A stretch of 64,000 nt of DNA from Cyanidioschyzon merolae (taxonomy: Eukaryota). The DNA lies in NCBI GenBank assembly GCA_000091205.1, contig AP006501.2; one strand, 5' to 3'. The notes beneath the pieces are model-generated. The model saw only the letters and a program-made list of their open reading frames with translations. It ran no database searches and had not been told where the DNA came from. Position 1 is the first letter of the stretch; each line of letters begins with the position of its first letter. Made by a program: the position numbers and the translations under genes. Of this stretch, positions 54,954-64,000 are shown piece after piece.

Positions 54954-57875
54954 ATGGCCGATTCTGGAGATGAAACGGAGTGGGAACTTGCTGCCGAGAA
55001 GTTTGTAGCGACTGTTGCACCGAAAGAAACTACTCCGTCTCGGGGGAGGCCCTCGAGTCGGGCGACGCGCTCGCCGTTGCGCGAGGCTCCGCCCGAGGCC
55101 GCGCCCAACGCGGGAGCCGGCACTGCAGGCCGACCTGGACGCAGTGCGGGCAGCTCGGGGCCCTCGGAACCCACCGCAGACACCACCACAGGCACCACAC
55201 GCGTCGCTCGAGGTGCCCAACCGAAACCTGCAGGCAAGCCGAGCGGCGTGGGTGGAAACAGAGGGAGCGACGTGGCTGCGGCCCCGTCTCAGGTTATTCA
55301 GGTTTTGCGTTTCAGCAGTGATGCGTCGCTCACAGCAACCGTTCGGGGGAGTCAAGCAAACCAGCAGGCGCTCTGGGATCGGGCGCGATCGGCGTTCGAG
55401 TCGGCGCTGCGTCGGAACGCAACACGACTGGAGCTCGATGCGCTGGCAGCGGCCCTGCAGACTGTAGGCGTCGACATCTCTCTTGGTCGAAACGCAGGCA
55501 CACGCGGCGGCGGACCTGCAACGAACGGGCCCACTGACGGCAGCGGTGGACGGCGTTCGGGAGCCGCTGCGGGCGGCACGGCGTCGCGAACTCCGCAGCC
55601 AGCGCTCACGCGAGGCCGCAACGCCTGGACCCCCTCGTTTCTGACCAAAACTGCGGATACGTCCGCTACAGAGGGGGAGAATCTGGTCAATTCCTCTCGA
55701 CGAAAAGCAAAAGCTATACTGAACAAACTCGTACCGGAGAAGTTCGTCACGCTAGCGCAGCAGATTCTTGATATGCCGCTCCATCATTACGACGTACTGG
55801 AAGCGGTGATTTCAGAAATCTTTGATAAAGCGCTTGCGGAGCCGTATTTTTGTGGAGTCTACGCAGATCTGTGTGAAGTTTTGAACCGCGCGCTTCCGAG
55901 CATCGCGATCGAGAGTGCTTCGGGGACCAAACAAACCAACTTTCGCAAAATGCTTCTCGCGCGCTGCCAAGCTGAGTTTGTGCAGCGCGCCCTAGCCTCG
56001 GAAGAGCGCGCAACAGACGAGCAGGAACTTGAGGTTTGCGCCCACAACCGACGCCGCACGCTAGGAAATACAATTTTCGTGGGTGAGCTCTTCAAGCGGC
56101 ATCTGCTGAGCGAAAAAATCATTCATGAGTGTGTACAGATGCTGCTGAAAGAGGGCGAGAACGAAGATAGCATCGAAACGCTTGCCAAGTTGCTCTCCGT
56201 CGCCGGCAGCAGCATGGATCGCCCTGAGGCTCGGTCCTACATGGACGCCTACTTTACCAAGATCGAAGAAATGGCAAACAACGCACAAATTCGAGCTCGT
56301 TATCGGTTTATGCTCAAGGATTGCGTTGAGCTGCGTAAGCAGAAATGGAAGCCGCGACGAGCCCAAGAACGGCCAGCGACACTGGATGAGATTCACGGGA
56401 AAAAGTCCGGCCGTGCCGCTCGGCAAGCGAGTCAGTCGCTGGCACGCAAAGCTGCTCAGCTGCGCTTCACGGGAGCTGATGCAGAGGCGCCCAAGCCGGA
56501 GGCGGAATCCACAGTTCCAGCAGGGCAAGTGTCCGCGTCTGCCACTGTCCAGGGTCGTGTTGAGAACGCCCGTAACCAGAACGTTGCCGGCGAGACGGTC
56601 ACGGACGCTGCACACGCCAAGTCGGAGTCGGGACCGGTCCCCGATCGGACTGTCGTTTGGACCGAAAACCCTGAACTATTGCGGACGTATATTCGTGGTA
56701 TCATTGAAGACTACGTGGTGAATCCGTATCCGGCAGAGGTACAGGTGGCGCTCACCGAGTCCGGACTTGCCGCACAGCCTGACCTGCTGGCTTTGGCTGG
56801 CGTTCAGGAACTCTTCTCCATGGTCTGCAGTGCGCGCGGGCATGAACGGCAGCCGCTTGTTCGATCCTTTGGAGATGCCTTCCAGCATGTACTTTCTAGG
56901 GAGAAGCTGCTCGAGGCTCTTGTATCGATTACGTCCAATTTGCTTACCTTCGAAGACGAGCTTGATATGCCTACAGCAGGCAAAGTTCTCGGCGAGTTTC
57001 TCGGGACGTTATGCACTAGCCACTGCGCTACGTTCTTACACGACGCTGCTGATATTCATACAGTACTGGCAGCGGTTCCGCCTAATAGACAGGCATCCGT
57101 GCTGCGTTCCTTCTTGGAAACGCTCTTCCGACAGTATCCTTCAGATATGCGAGAGCGCTTCGGCGCTTCCCTGCGAGCACTACGTCCGCTTTTCGTGTCG
57201 CTCCCGCAAACGGAACAGCGCGAACTCGAAGAGCTACTTGCAAAATATGAACTGCTTGAGCTCGTTCCCGAATGGCAGCTCCGACGCCAGCTCCAATACT
57301 ATCTGGAACCTGGAAAGGAGCGTATCGCAGATGCAGCAGACTGGTTGCGAAGCTTCCTGCCCAGAGTGCGGGAAACGCTACGCTCCGAGGACGCAACAGC
57401 ATCCACTGCAAAGTCCAGTCTGAACGAATGGTACGCCTTTTGTCGATTCACTGCGGACCATATCCTATCAACTTATGTCATGGAAGCGCAATCGAGTAGT
57501 ACGATGGATATCATGCGGCGACTACGCCTGATGGTGCCGCTTCTTCGTGAAACAGCCGGAAACATGCCCGCGACCGATGAAACCGACGACGACGACGACG
57601 ACAGTGACCCCGCGGAAGACAAGGAGTGGCGTCAAGCCCAAGTGGCTTTTGCAGTGCAAGCAGGTTGTTATCGTTTGGACTTTCCCACTGATCTCATAAG
57701 CGGCATGTTCCAGGTGCTGTACGACGCGGATGTGATCTCAGAGGAGGCATTCGATCGCTGGCGGGAAGATGTACACGATACGACACCAGGAAAGCTCAAG
57801 GCGCTATTTCATGTGAATGCTTTTCTGAATTGGCTCAAGGAGACTGATGAAGAACCGGAGAAATCCGATGTGTAA
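54954..57875 (+). CDS. eIF4G-like translation initiation factor (MIF4G, MA3-like middle and C-terminal W2 domains)
   Basis: The MIF4G block reads RRKAKAILNKLVPEKFVTLAQQILDM...LEAVISEIFDKALAEPYFCGVYADLCEVL...NTIFVGELFKRHLLSEKIIHECVQMLL. The C-terminal W2-like block reads ISEEAFDRWREDVHDTTPGKLKALFHVNAFLNWLKE, followed by an acidic tail. The track ORF begins at 54759 inside the Fanzor 3' tail. The first ATG, MADSGDETEWELAAEKF at 54954, is the more plausible start. Confidence 0.75.
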   Translation: MADSGDETEWELAAEKFVATVAPKETTPSRGRPSSRATRSPLREAPPEAAPNAGAGTAGRPGRSAGSSGPSEPTADTTTGTTRVARGAQPKPAGKPSGVGGNRGSDVAAAPSQVIQVLRFSSDASLTATVRGSQANQQALWDRARSAFESALRRNATRLELDALAAALQTVGVDISLGRNAGTRGGGPATNGPTDGSGGRRSGAAAGGTASRTPQPALTRGRNAWTPSFLTKTADTSATEGENLVNSSRRKAKAILNKLVPEKFVTLAQQILDMPLHHYDVLEAVISEIFDKALAEPYFCGVYADLCEVLNRALPSIAIESASGTKQTNFRKMLLARCQAEFVQRALASEERATDEQELEVCAHNRRRTLGNTIFVGELFKRHLLSEKIIHECVQMLLKEGENEDSIETLAKLLSVAGSSMDRPEARSYMDAYFTKIEEMANNAQIRARYRFMLKDCVELRKQKWKPRRAQERPATLDEIHGKKSGRAARQASQSLARKAAQLRFTGADAEAPKPEAESTVPAGQVSASATVQGRVENARNQNVAGETVTDAAHAKSESGPVPDRTVVWTENPELLRTYIRGIIEDYVVNPYPAEVQVALTESGLAAQPDLLALAGVQELFSMVCSARGHERQPLVRSFGDAFQHVLSREKLLEALVSITSNLLTFEDELDMPTAGKVLGEFLGTLCTSHCATFLHDAADIHTVLAAVPPNRQASVLRSFLETLFRQYPSDMRERFGASLRALRPLFVSLPQTEQRELEELLAKYELLELVPEWQLRRQLQYYLEPGKERIADAADWLRSFLPRVRETLRSEDATASTAKSSLNEWYAFCRFTADHILSTYVMEAQSSSTMDIMRRLRLMVPLLRETAGNMPATDETDDDDDDSDPAEDKEWRQAQVAFAVQAGCYRLDFPTDLISGMFQVLYDADVISEEAFDRWREDVHDTTPGKLKALFHVNAFLNWLKETDEEPEKSDV

Positions 57876-58297
57876 AAGCGACGCGATGCTAGCGCTCCAG
57901 TGCAACGTCCCGAAACTCGATGGCGCTTCGGTCCAATGCGTCCTGGATGAACGCACCCGTTCGTCGTGCCGCGGAGCCTGCTGTCCGATGGATGCGGTAT
58001 ATCGAAGATCCCGCATCACCGCGCTGCACGAGGGGTTATGCGAATATACGCTTCATTGCAGAGTCGCGAATATGGTCATTCTGAAACTTGCTGTTTGCTC
58101 CGCCACTGGGACCCGATCAACCGCAGTGCTCGGGTTTCGACGCCAGTCACAGAAGACGCCTGTTGAACATTCGCTGGATGCAGCCGGTCTGCGATGTGAA
58201 ACGACACCCATGCGTTCGCGTACGCATACATCTATAACATACCTCCCGTCCGGTCGACGCCTCGAGAGCTCGGTCGTAAGTCATGCAAACCGTACGT

Positions 58298-58890
58298 TTA
58301 TGCCGTGGATATGACCTGAGCAATAACGAGCTCGACATCGCCGTCACAGATCGCTTGCTTCACCAGTCCTCCGTACGAACGCAACAGAGGTACTTGAGCG
58401 TCGCTTTTCCCGTCGATCGTATCCCGCCACGGGCGATCATCGAGGATACTCAAGACCCAGTTAAGTTCTGCTGTCATCGCAGGCCCATCACGCTGACTAT
58501 CGTAACAACCCTGCAGACTCTCGATGAGGAAAGCTTCACCAGCGGCGAAAAGCTCCTCTTCAGCCGATGCTGCCTTTGCTGCTGTCTCGTTGTTCGCGTG
58601 ATAGGCATAGCGCTGAAAGCGGATCCCGCGCAAGTGACCGGAGCAGCCCAAGACCACTGCTGCGTCAAGCTGTCGACCTGTAAGAATCTTCCGCACAGCA
58701 GTCATGAGCTCGGATCCCGAGCGTACCCGTGAAACGTACATGCGGCTGTTGCTCTGATCGTCTGGAACGGCCATTCCGAAAGCTACACGAATACCGGGTA
58801 CTGCGACTTGCGTCCCGTGATCTAACAAGCCTACTTGCACGGCGTGCGCTTCGAGTTCGTCTACAACAGGTCCATCGTTTGGCGCTGAAC

Positions 58891-58936
<46 letters not shown>

Positions 58937-59599
58937 TTCGGCGCTGGACGGCATCCGGTCCGGCTGCGTTTCTCCTGGTTCCTCGGCGGCCGCTGCCTTA
59001 CTGCCTCGCGTGTGTGTTCCTTCTTCGCTGATGCTCCTTCGTTCAGGACGGAGATGTCCACTGGCAAACAGGAAGAAACGATCTCCAAGAGACCGTCGTC
59101 GACCACCCTGAATGTAGGACACAACAACCGGTTGTTGATAGCGGCTGCCGTGCGCTGTGCACCAGTCTGCTGCCTCGATAACAAACGGCTGGAATGCGTT
59201 TGCTCCTTCTAAAGTGAACGCAAGCCGATTCTGTTCTTGAGATGGGTGGGCGCGTTCTGCTTCCCATGCCTTCCACTGGGACTCGCCAACCACGTGCTCG
59301 AGACGCTGGGGCGCGTCATAGGTTCGGCACTCCTGCTGAATACCAAGGCGCTGATGGAACTCATCCAGGATGGCCTCTGGCGTCTCTGGACGCGGCTCGA
59401 GCGGTTTCCGAACTCGACCGCACGTCACCACGCCGTAGCTTGACACCGTAAACGCCATAGGGAGTGAAGCGGAGTTCATAAACTCCACGAGGCCGTTGAG
59501 CAAGTCGACACCAGGCTCCAACACGCAAAATAGAATGCGCAACGGGAGTGAACTCGGAGGGCGTACCGAGACGCGCGCTTTTGATGTTGGTGCGTCCAT
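58298..59599 (-). CDS. Hypothetical protein. It may contain two PPC/DUF296-like domains, separated by a poly-Thr/poly-Ala linker.
   Basis: ATG at 59599. Two similar halves (LRILFCVLEPGVDLLNGLVEFMNSASLPMAFTVSSYGVVTCGRV and VQVGLLDHGTQVAVPGIRVAFGMAVPD...AVVLGCSGHLRGIRFQ) are reminiscent of the DUF296/PPC fold. The TTTTTAAAAAAAAAA linker is encoded by (GCA)10(GTA)4 at 58893-58936. Confidence 0.35.
58893..58936. repeat. (GCA)n(GTA)n trinucleotide microsatellite inside a coding region
   Basis: agcagcagcagcagcagcagcagcagcagcagtagtagtagtagt. Confidence 0.9.
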
Positions 59600-60130
59600 G
59601 TTTGCAGGCTAGCACCAGTGTGTCCCTGGGTCGCTCGAAACGAGAACCAACGCACCGTGCGTGTGTTCGTCGAACGAGCAGTCTCTGGTGGTAGCGACGA
59701 GTGAATGCGGAGTGTTCAAGAGAGTTCCTCACGATCAGCAGAGTGACTCGAGAGGCACGTACCAAAGAATAGAGTTAATCGGTTCCCTGGCCTGTCTACG
59801 AGGGGACGCAAAGGCGTCCTTGGGGTTGTTCTACGAAAACGACTCGTTCCACCTGCGCAGCGCACTTGAATGGACTCCACCAGTGGTGAAACTTTGACAC
59901 CTGTAAACCAACCTGGGTCCAACGGGCCTCTCTTCGCGCTATCACCGTACCCATCGAAAAGCAACGCTCAACAGTGGTGCGCAGTACATTGCAAGTGGCT
60001 GTCAGTCGAATGCTCTGGAGAGAAACATCTCCTCGTTCCGTCGGGATTGTGCGGTGCGGTGCGGTGCGGTGCGCGTGGAGCGGCGTCACGATAGCAGGAA
60101 GGAGGATTATGTTGACGTTTAGCTCAGATA

Positions 60131-61452
60131 AACATGGAACATTGACCCATCCGCTATGTTCCTTTTCATATGATTTTTTCTGAGCGATCTTAGATGCACC
60201 ATTGGCATTCGAGGTGCAGCAGTAGGTGCGTACGGATTCATACGTGGTTTCGGGGCTCCAGCTTGTCTATTCAGTGTGCCGCTATCGACTAGTTGGTGCT
60301 GGAATTTTTTAGTGCGCTGGAATCAAAACATTACGTGTTGCTATCGAATACGGGATCGCAACAGAATACATGTCACTGACCAAATCGTATGTACAAGCGT
60401 CCGCTCTCCTCCTTTGCTACCGTTTCGTATGCTTCAGTCACGCAATCTTCGTGTTTTCCATTTTTCCGTATCACAGAGGCTCGTGAGTGCGGCTACTCGT
60501 ACCGCCAGATTGACGCGGATAATACCTCGACAACGCCCCGTAGCGGCCGCTTTGTAAGCGCATCCCCAACAGTCACTGAACCTGTCACGTCAAATGATCC
60601 TGATCGATTGAACGGCAAATCCGTCTGCCTTCGTGGGCATCGACGGAACTGCATTCACGCTCAGCTTGATCCATCTCACCGGGCTATGCTGGCAGGGTCT
60701 CCCGTCTCTCCTGCTAGAATGTGAGAGCATCGTCGACTAGGGCTTGGGTTAGCGCAGCGATCGCTTCCGGGGCGGCGAGCGCCTCACCGCTTCTGACCGA
60801 GTCAGCGTCGACGGATCGAGAATGCTCGACATTGTGCACCGACCTGGACTTTGCTGCAGATACCTCTATTATCCTGGATACGATCGCGTTCCGCATACGC
60901 TCTATCGAACGGAGCAGCGTGCGCTTTCGAGTGCAGCGGACAGCGTACTTGCCAAGCGTCCGCTCAGGAGTGGAAACAGCGGCGGGTTCCATGTCGAACC
61001 TCGTTTACTGCGAATAGCACGTACACGGGCAAAGCGTGTAGGCATCACGCGCGATAGGGCGACGCTCGGATGACGAGGGTGTTTGGCGAACACACGGGAA
61101 CGACTACCGTTATCCAAGCGTCGCTGCTGCAGCGCACGAATCTATTCTGTATATGAGCAAGATGAGCGCGACGAGGGAAGCGAAGCTCGTAACGTCCGCC
61201 TGTACGTGACCTGCAGTGAGCACAGCCAAAAGCAACGAGACCGACACATGAGCGCTGCACTCCATGTCCTTCGACGAAGGAGAACGCGGCTGGCGTGAGA
61301 GGAAACGGAGGCATATGGAAACACGGAGAGAAGCGAAAGGACCGAGAGGCAGTCGCACCAGAAACCGTAAGGGCTGGTCTTGACGACGCCCGAGAACACA
61401 CTTAAACTTTAGCTCGCATACCCGCATAAGAGGTGCATTTTCATACTACGCT
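60131..61452 (+). repeat. 1.33-kb dispersed repeat, copy B
   Basis: See copy A (40548-41876). More than 99% identical, in the same orientation, about 19.6 kb apart. Confidence 0.85.
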
Positions 61453-61904
61453 AAAACGGGACTACTCATGCGCATACGGAGGTACAGATGTCGTGCACCG
61501 ATAGCGTTCCAAGCGCATCCACTTCGGAGTATCGATTCCCGAACCGCTCTCTTCAGTCTATATATGGTGACGCCTCATCGCCCTTGTGCCCTTCTTACCG
61601 TGTACGAAAGTAACTCGGGCCGCACGAAACACGTCATCAAAGTAGTGCTGCCTGCGGCGGCTGGCCCTCGAGCCTCCACTGTCACGCGGAACGTTTTCGT
61701 TGCGACGTCGACGGCGAGGACGCGCTTGGGGTCGCTTTGACGAGAGGCACTCACGTTTACGTCACTGGACCAGTAAAGGCGCTGGTTTCACGCGAAAGTT
61801 ACCAGTTCATCTTTCGCGACACGTCTGACGTTGTTTGTGAAGAACGCCCTGTCGAGGCCGTCAACAACGAAAACGCCCCTGTGTCCCATGCAGTTGTTAC
61901 CCAA

Positions 61905-62738
61905 ATGCAAGTTGTTCGCTGGCAACCCCGTCTTCCAGACACTTTCGTCGAGGAGCGGTTTTCGACGATTAGTGTGAGCGAGAGAAAAACAACACTCGTC
62001 GACACCGAAGATGCCGAGGACAGCACCACACTCTACCGACGAGCTGGCGAAACACCGGGCCTTCGACCGCAGTCCGTCGATACCGAGTCCGGTTTCTGGC
62101 TCTGGGAAGGTGCCCTGGACCTCGTTCACTACCTTAGTCAACTTGGCGAATCATGCTGCTGTAAGCAGATAGGTGTTCGTCATGGAGCGCTCGAAATACT
62201 CGAGATCGGTTGTGGTCACGCTCTACCCGCAATCTACTTGGCCCGCCAAGGGCACTGCGTCCGCGTCGACTTCCAGGATCATAGCTGTCAAGTTTTAGAG
62301 ACGATTACGCAGCCAAACGTATGGCGTAACGGTATCTGGAAACAACTGCACCATGAACCGCAGTTTTACGCTGGCTCGTGGCAGTCCTGGCTCGAAGATG
62401 CGTCTATGGATCGGCGTTACGACTTGATTCTGGCCAGCGAGACAGTCTACAGCAGAGCGTCTACAAGATTATGCCTGCAGGTATGTCGGAAGCTTCTGAA
62501 ACCGCACGGGATGGCTCTTTTTTCCGGAAAAACCGTGTACTTTGGTTTAGATGGTGGAATGGTTGAGTTGGTGGATATCTTGCACGAAATCGGTGGCCAG
62601 TCGCATTTGCTCTGGTGCACGAGTCAGCAGATAGCTGCGACTCGACGAGAGATTCGATCCGTAGCGTTTGATATTGGTGCAAGACCGACTCCAGCGAATC
62701 CCGCTTGCCCTATTTCCGCTGCTCCCAGCGGGGGATAA
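61905..62738 (+). CDS. Class I SAM-dependent methyltransferase, Methyltransf_16-like (METTL18/METTL21-type protein methyltransferase)
   Basis: WLWEGALDLVHYL and ILEIGCGHALPAIYLARQGHCVRVDFQD (a GxGxG SAM motif) are followed by ILASETVYS and a GGQSHLLWCTS region. The track ORF opens at a TTG (61737). The first ATG is at 61905 (MQVVRWQ...). An upstream exon cannot be excluded. Confidence 0.5.
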   Translation: MQVVRWQPRLPDTFVEERFSTISVSERKTTLVDTEDAEDSTTLYRRAGETPGLRPQSVDTESGFWLWEGALDLVHYLSQLGESCCCKQIGVRHGALEILEIGCGHALPAIYLARQGHCVRVDFQDHSCQVLETITQPNVWRNGIWKQLHHEPQFYAGSWQSWLEDASMDRRYDLILASETVYSRASTRLCLQVCRKLLKPHGMALFSGKTVYFGLDGGMVELVDILHEIGGQSHLLWCTSQQIAATRREIRSVAFDIGARPTPANPACPISAAPSGG

Positions 62739-63073
62739 GGCTTCTGCGCATCGTCTCTGCGAAACGTGCTGAACGAAATGCATTTTGTACCGAACCGATG
62801 CGCTCTCCTGACCGGGATGAAAAATGAGCTCGTCAAAGTCCAAAAATTGCTCCGTGTAAAGAGAAATGTGATTGGTGGAAGCTGGCGTTCATGTTGAACC
62901 ACCACGAAGTCGCTTTTGGCGTTGATGGGGTCGCAGGAACTGCGGCGGCAGCAGCGCGCAGCGTACGGTACTGCTGGCTTCAAAAGTAGAAAAGAAACAA
63001 TGTATAGAGCTATAGCGCTCATCGTGCGAATAAATCCAGGTTTGCAGATGAAATGCTCACTGCTTATAACCAT

Positions 63074-63098
63074 GTGTGTGTGTGTGTGTGCGTGTGTG
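63074..63098. repeat. (TG)n dinucleotide microsatellite
   Basis: tgtgtgtgtgtgtgtgtgcgtgtgtg. Confidence 0.9.
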
Positions 63099-64000
63099 AG
63101 GTCGCGCTGTGCACCTCGTGGACCCGCTGGTGTATCAGCATCCGTCAAGTACTGCTTTCAAACTCCTGAACACGTTCATGAGATGACTAAAGAGCGTTCC
63201 CCATGAAACATACGTCATAAACGGGAGCATCTCCCAGTGCTAGCCAGGAGGAGTCCGTCCTCGACAGCCTTTCTATAATGTAGCTCCGAATGCGGGCGCG
63301 AAACAAGAGCCGCCCTCCGCCGCTGGGGACGCAGCACGAGTCTACCGGAGGAGCTTTTCCGGGCACATGCCCCGTTGTGGCTGCTTTCTGCGCACTCGAC
63401 GCTCTGGCTCCGAACACCGCATCGTTGTTGTTCGCAGCAGTCAATTTTGCATCCGACGGAATCGTTTTTAGATCAAGGATTGGTGCATGATGCCCGGAAA
63501 ATCGTATCAAAGCTTCTCAGCGTGTCGATCATACTCCATTGAACACACAGGGCGAAGATGCTCGCGCTCCTGAGCATACAAAGCCGCAGGTTTCGACACG
63601 GTGGTAATGCATCTGCCTCAGATCGGACGCTACGTTGTTCTGGCCTCGTATGGTAGGCTGGATGCCTGCAACGCTGCCAAATACTCGACACCAGAGGCTG
63701 CTCTGAACACGCACATGTTCTTTTCGATGCGTCTCCAGGCAGTTCATCGTCGCGGCGGCGGTCGCCATGTTGGAATCAACGAGCAAACAAAAGCGATAAT
63801 CACCAGATAGAGGCCTCGCAGGAAGCGCAGCACTCTGGTAGACAGCGGTTCCTGCCTTGAAGTCGCCGCCGCTTCGAAGGATGCGTCTCGTCCAGAGGCG
63901 GATGAGGAATTCCTGGGCACCGGTCGCGCTCCACTTTCACCAGTTGCTGGAACAAGCGTTTGCATCTGCATTCGAGCCCAGAGTTGGCTCGATAGCGACT

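Noticed and set aside
40548-61452. 1.33-kb direct repeats as LTRs of a giant LTR retrotransposon
   Set aside because: The termini are not TG..CA, there is no TSD around the pair, no gag/pol lies between them, and the interior consists of host housekeeping genes.

Overview
This 64-kb window is GC-rich, intron-poor eukaryotic nuclear DNA. It is not a prokaryotic operon, although several of its enzymes are of bacterial type. The long single-exon ORFs are listed in window order. A two-domain ethanolamine-phosphate cytidylyltransferase lies on the minus strand and runs off the window start. It is followed by an RsmH/METTL15-type rRNA m4C methyltransferase. Next is a CDP-diacylglycerol synthase with the KRxxGxKD...PGHGGxxDRxDS signature, and then an Mpv17/PMP22 membrane protein. 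ORC2 and the ribosome-biogenesis GTPase Bms1 follow, then MsrA and a WD40/Ctf4(AND-1)-like protein. Further on are a DUF202 membrane protein, a class I histone deacetylase and an eIF4G-like MIF4G/W2 protein. The last recognised gene is a Methyltransf_16-like methyltransferase. RsmH, CdsA and MsrA carry Arg/Ser-rich N-terminal presequences that look like organelle transit peptides. The accessory content is the most interesting part. There are three copies of a TnpB-like, Fanzor-type RuvC nuclease element. Its signatures are a RuvC-I-like '..[16 protein letters not shown]' motif and a C-terminal 'NRDFNAAINI' RuvC-III motif. One diverged copy sits at 6.2-8.3 kb. Two near-identical copies form a 2.5-kb inverted repeat (45.45-48.0 kb and 52.28-54.8 kb) around a degenerate APE+RT+CCHC non-LTR retrotransposon. 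All three copies carry in-frame stops. A solo 5'-truncated tail of the same LINE is at 16.1 kb. A 10 x 91-bp minisatellite lies immediately downstream of Bms1. Two >99% identical 1.33-kb direct repeats bracket an 18-kb block containing HDAC, the Fanzor/LINE cluster and eIF4G. A 1058-aa protein is built from about 10 tandem ~68-aa modules (consensus GYW..N..EL..F.....G.MPT..EL...GR.DL..AI..HGG...VA..LGL) that I cannot assign to a known repeat family. No tRNA or rRNA genes were convincingly seen. Many of the long ORFs in the supplied track are antisense or repeat-generated shadow ORFs.
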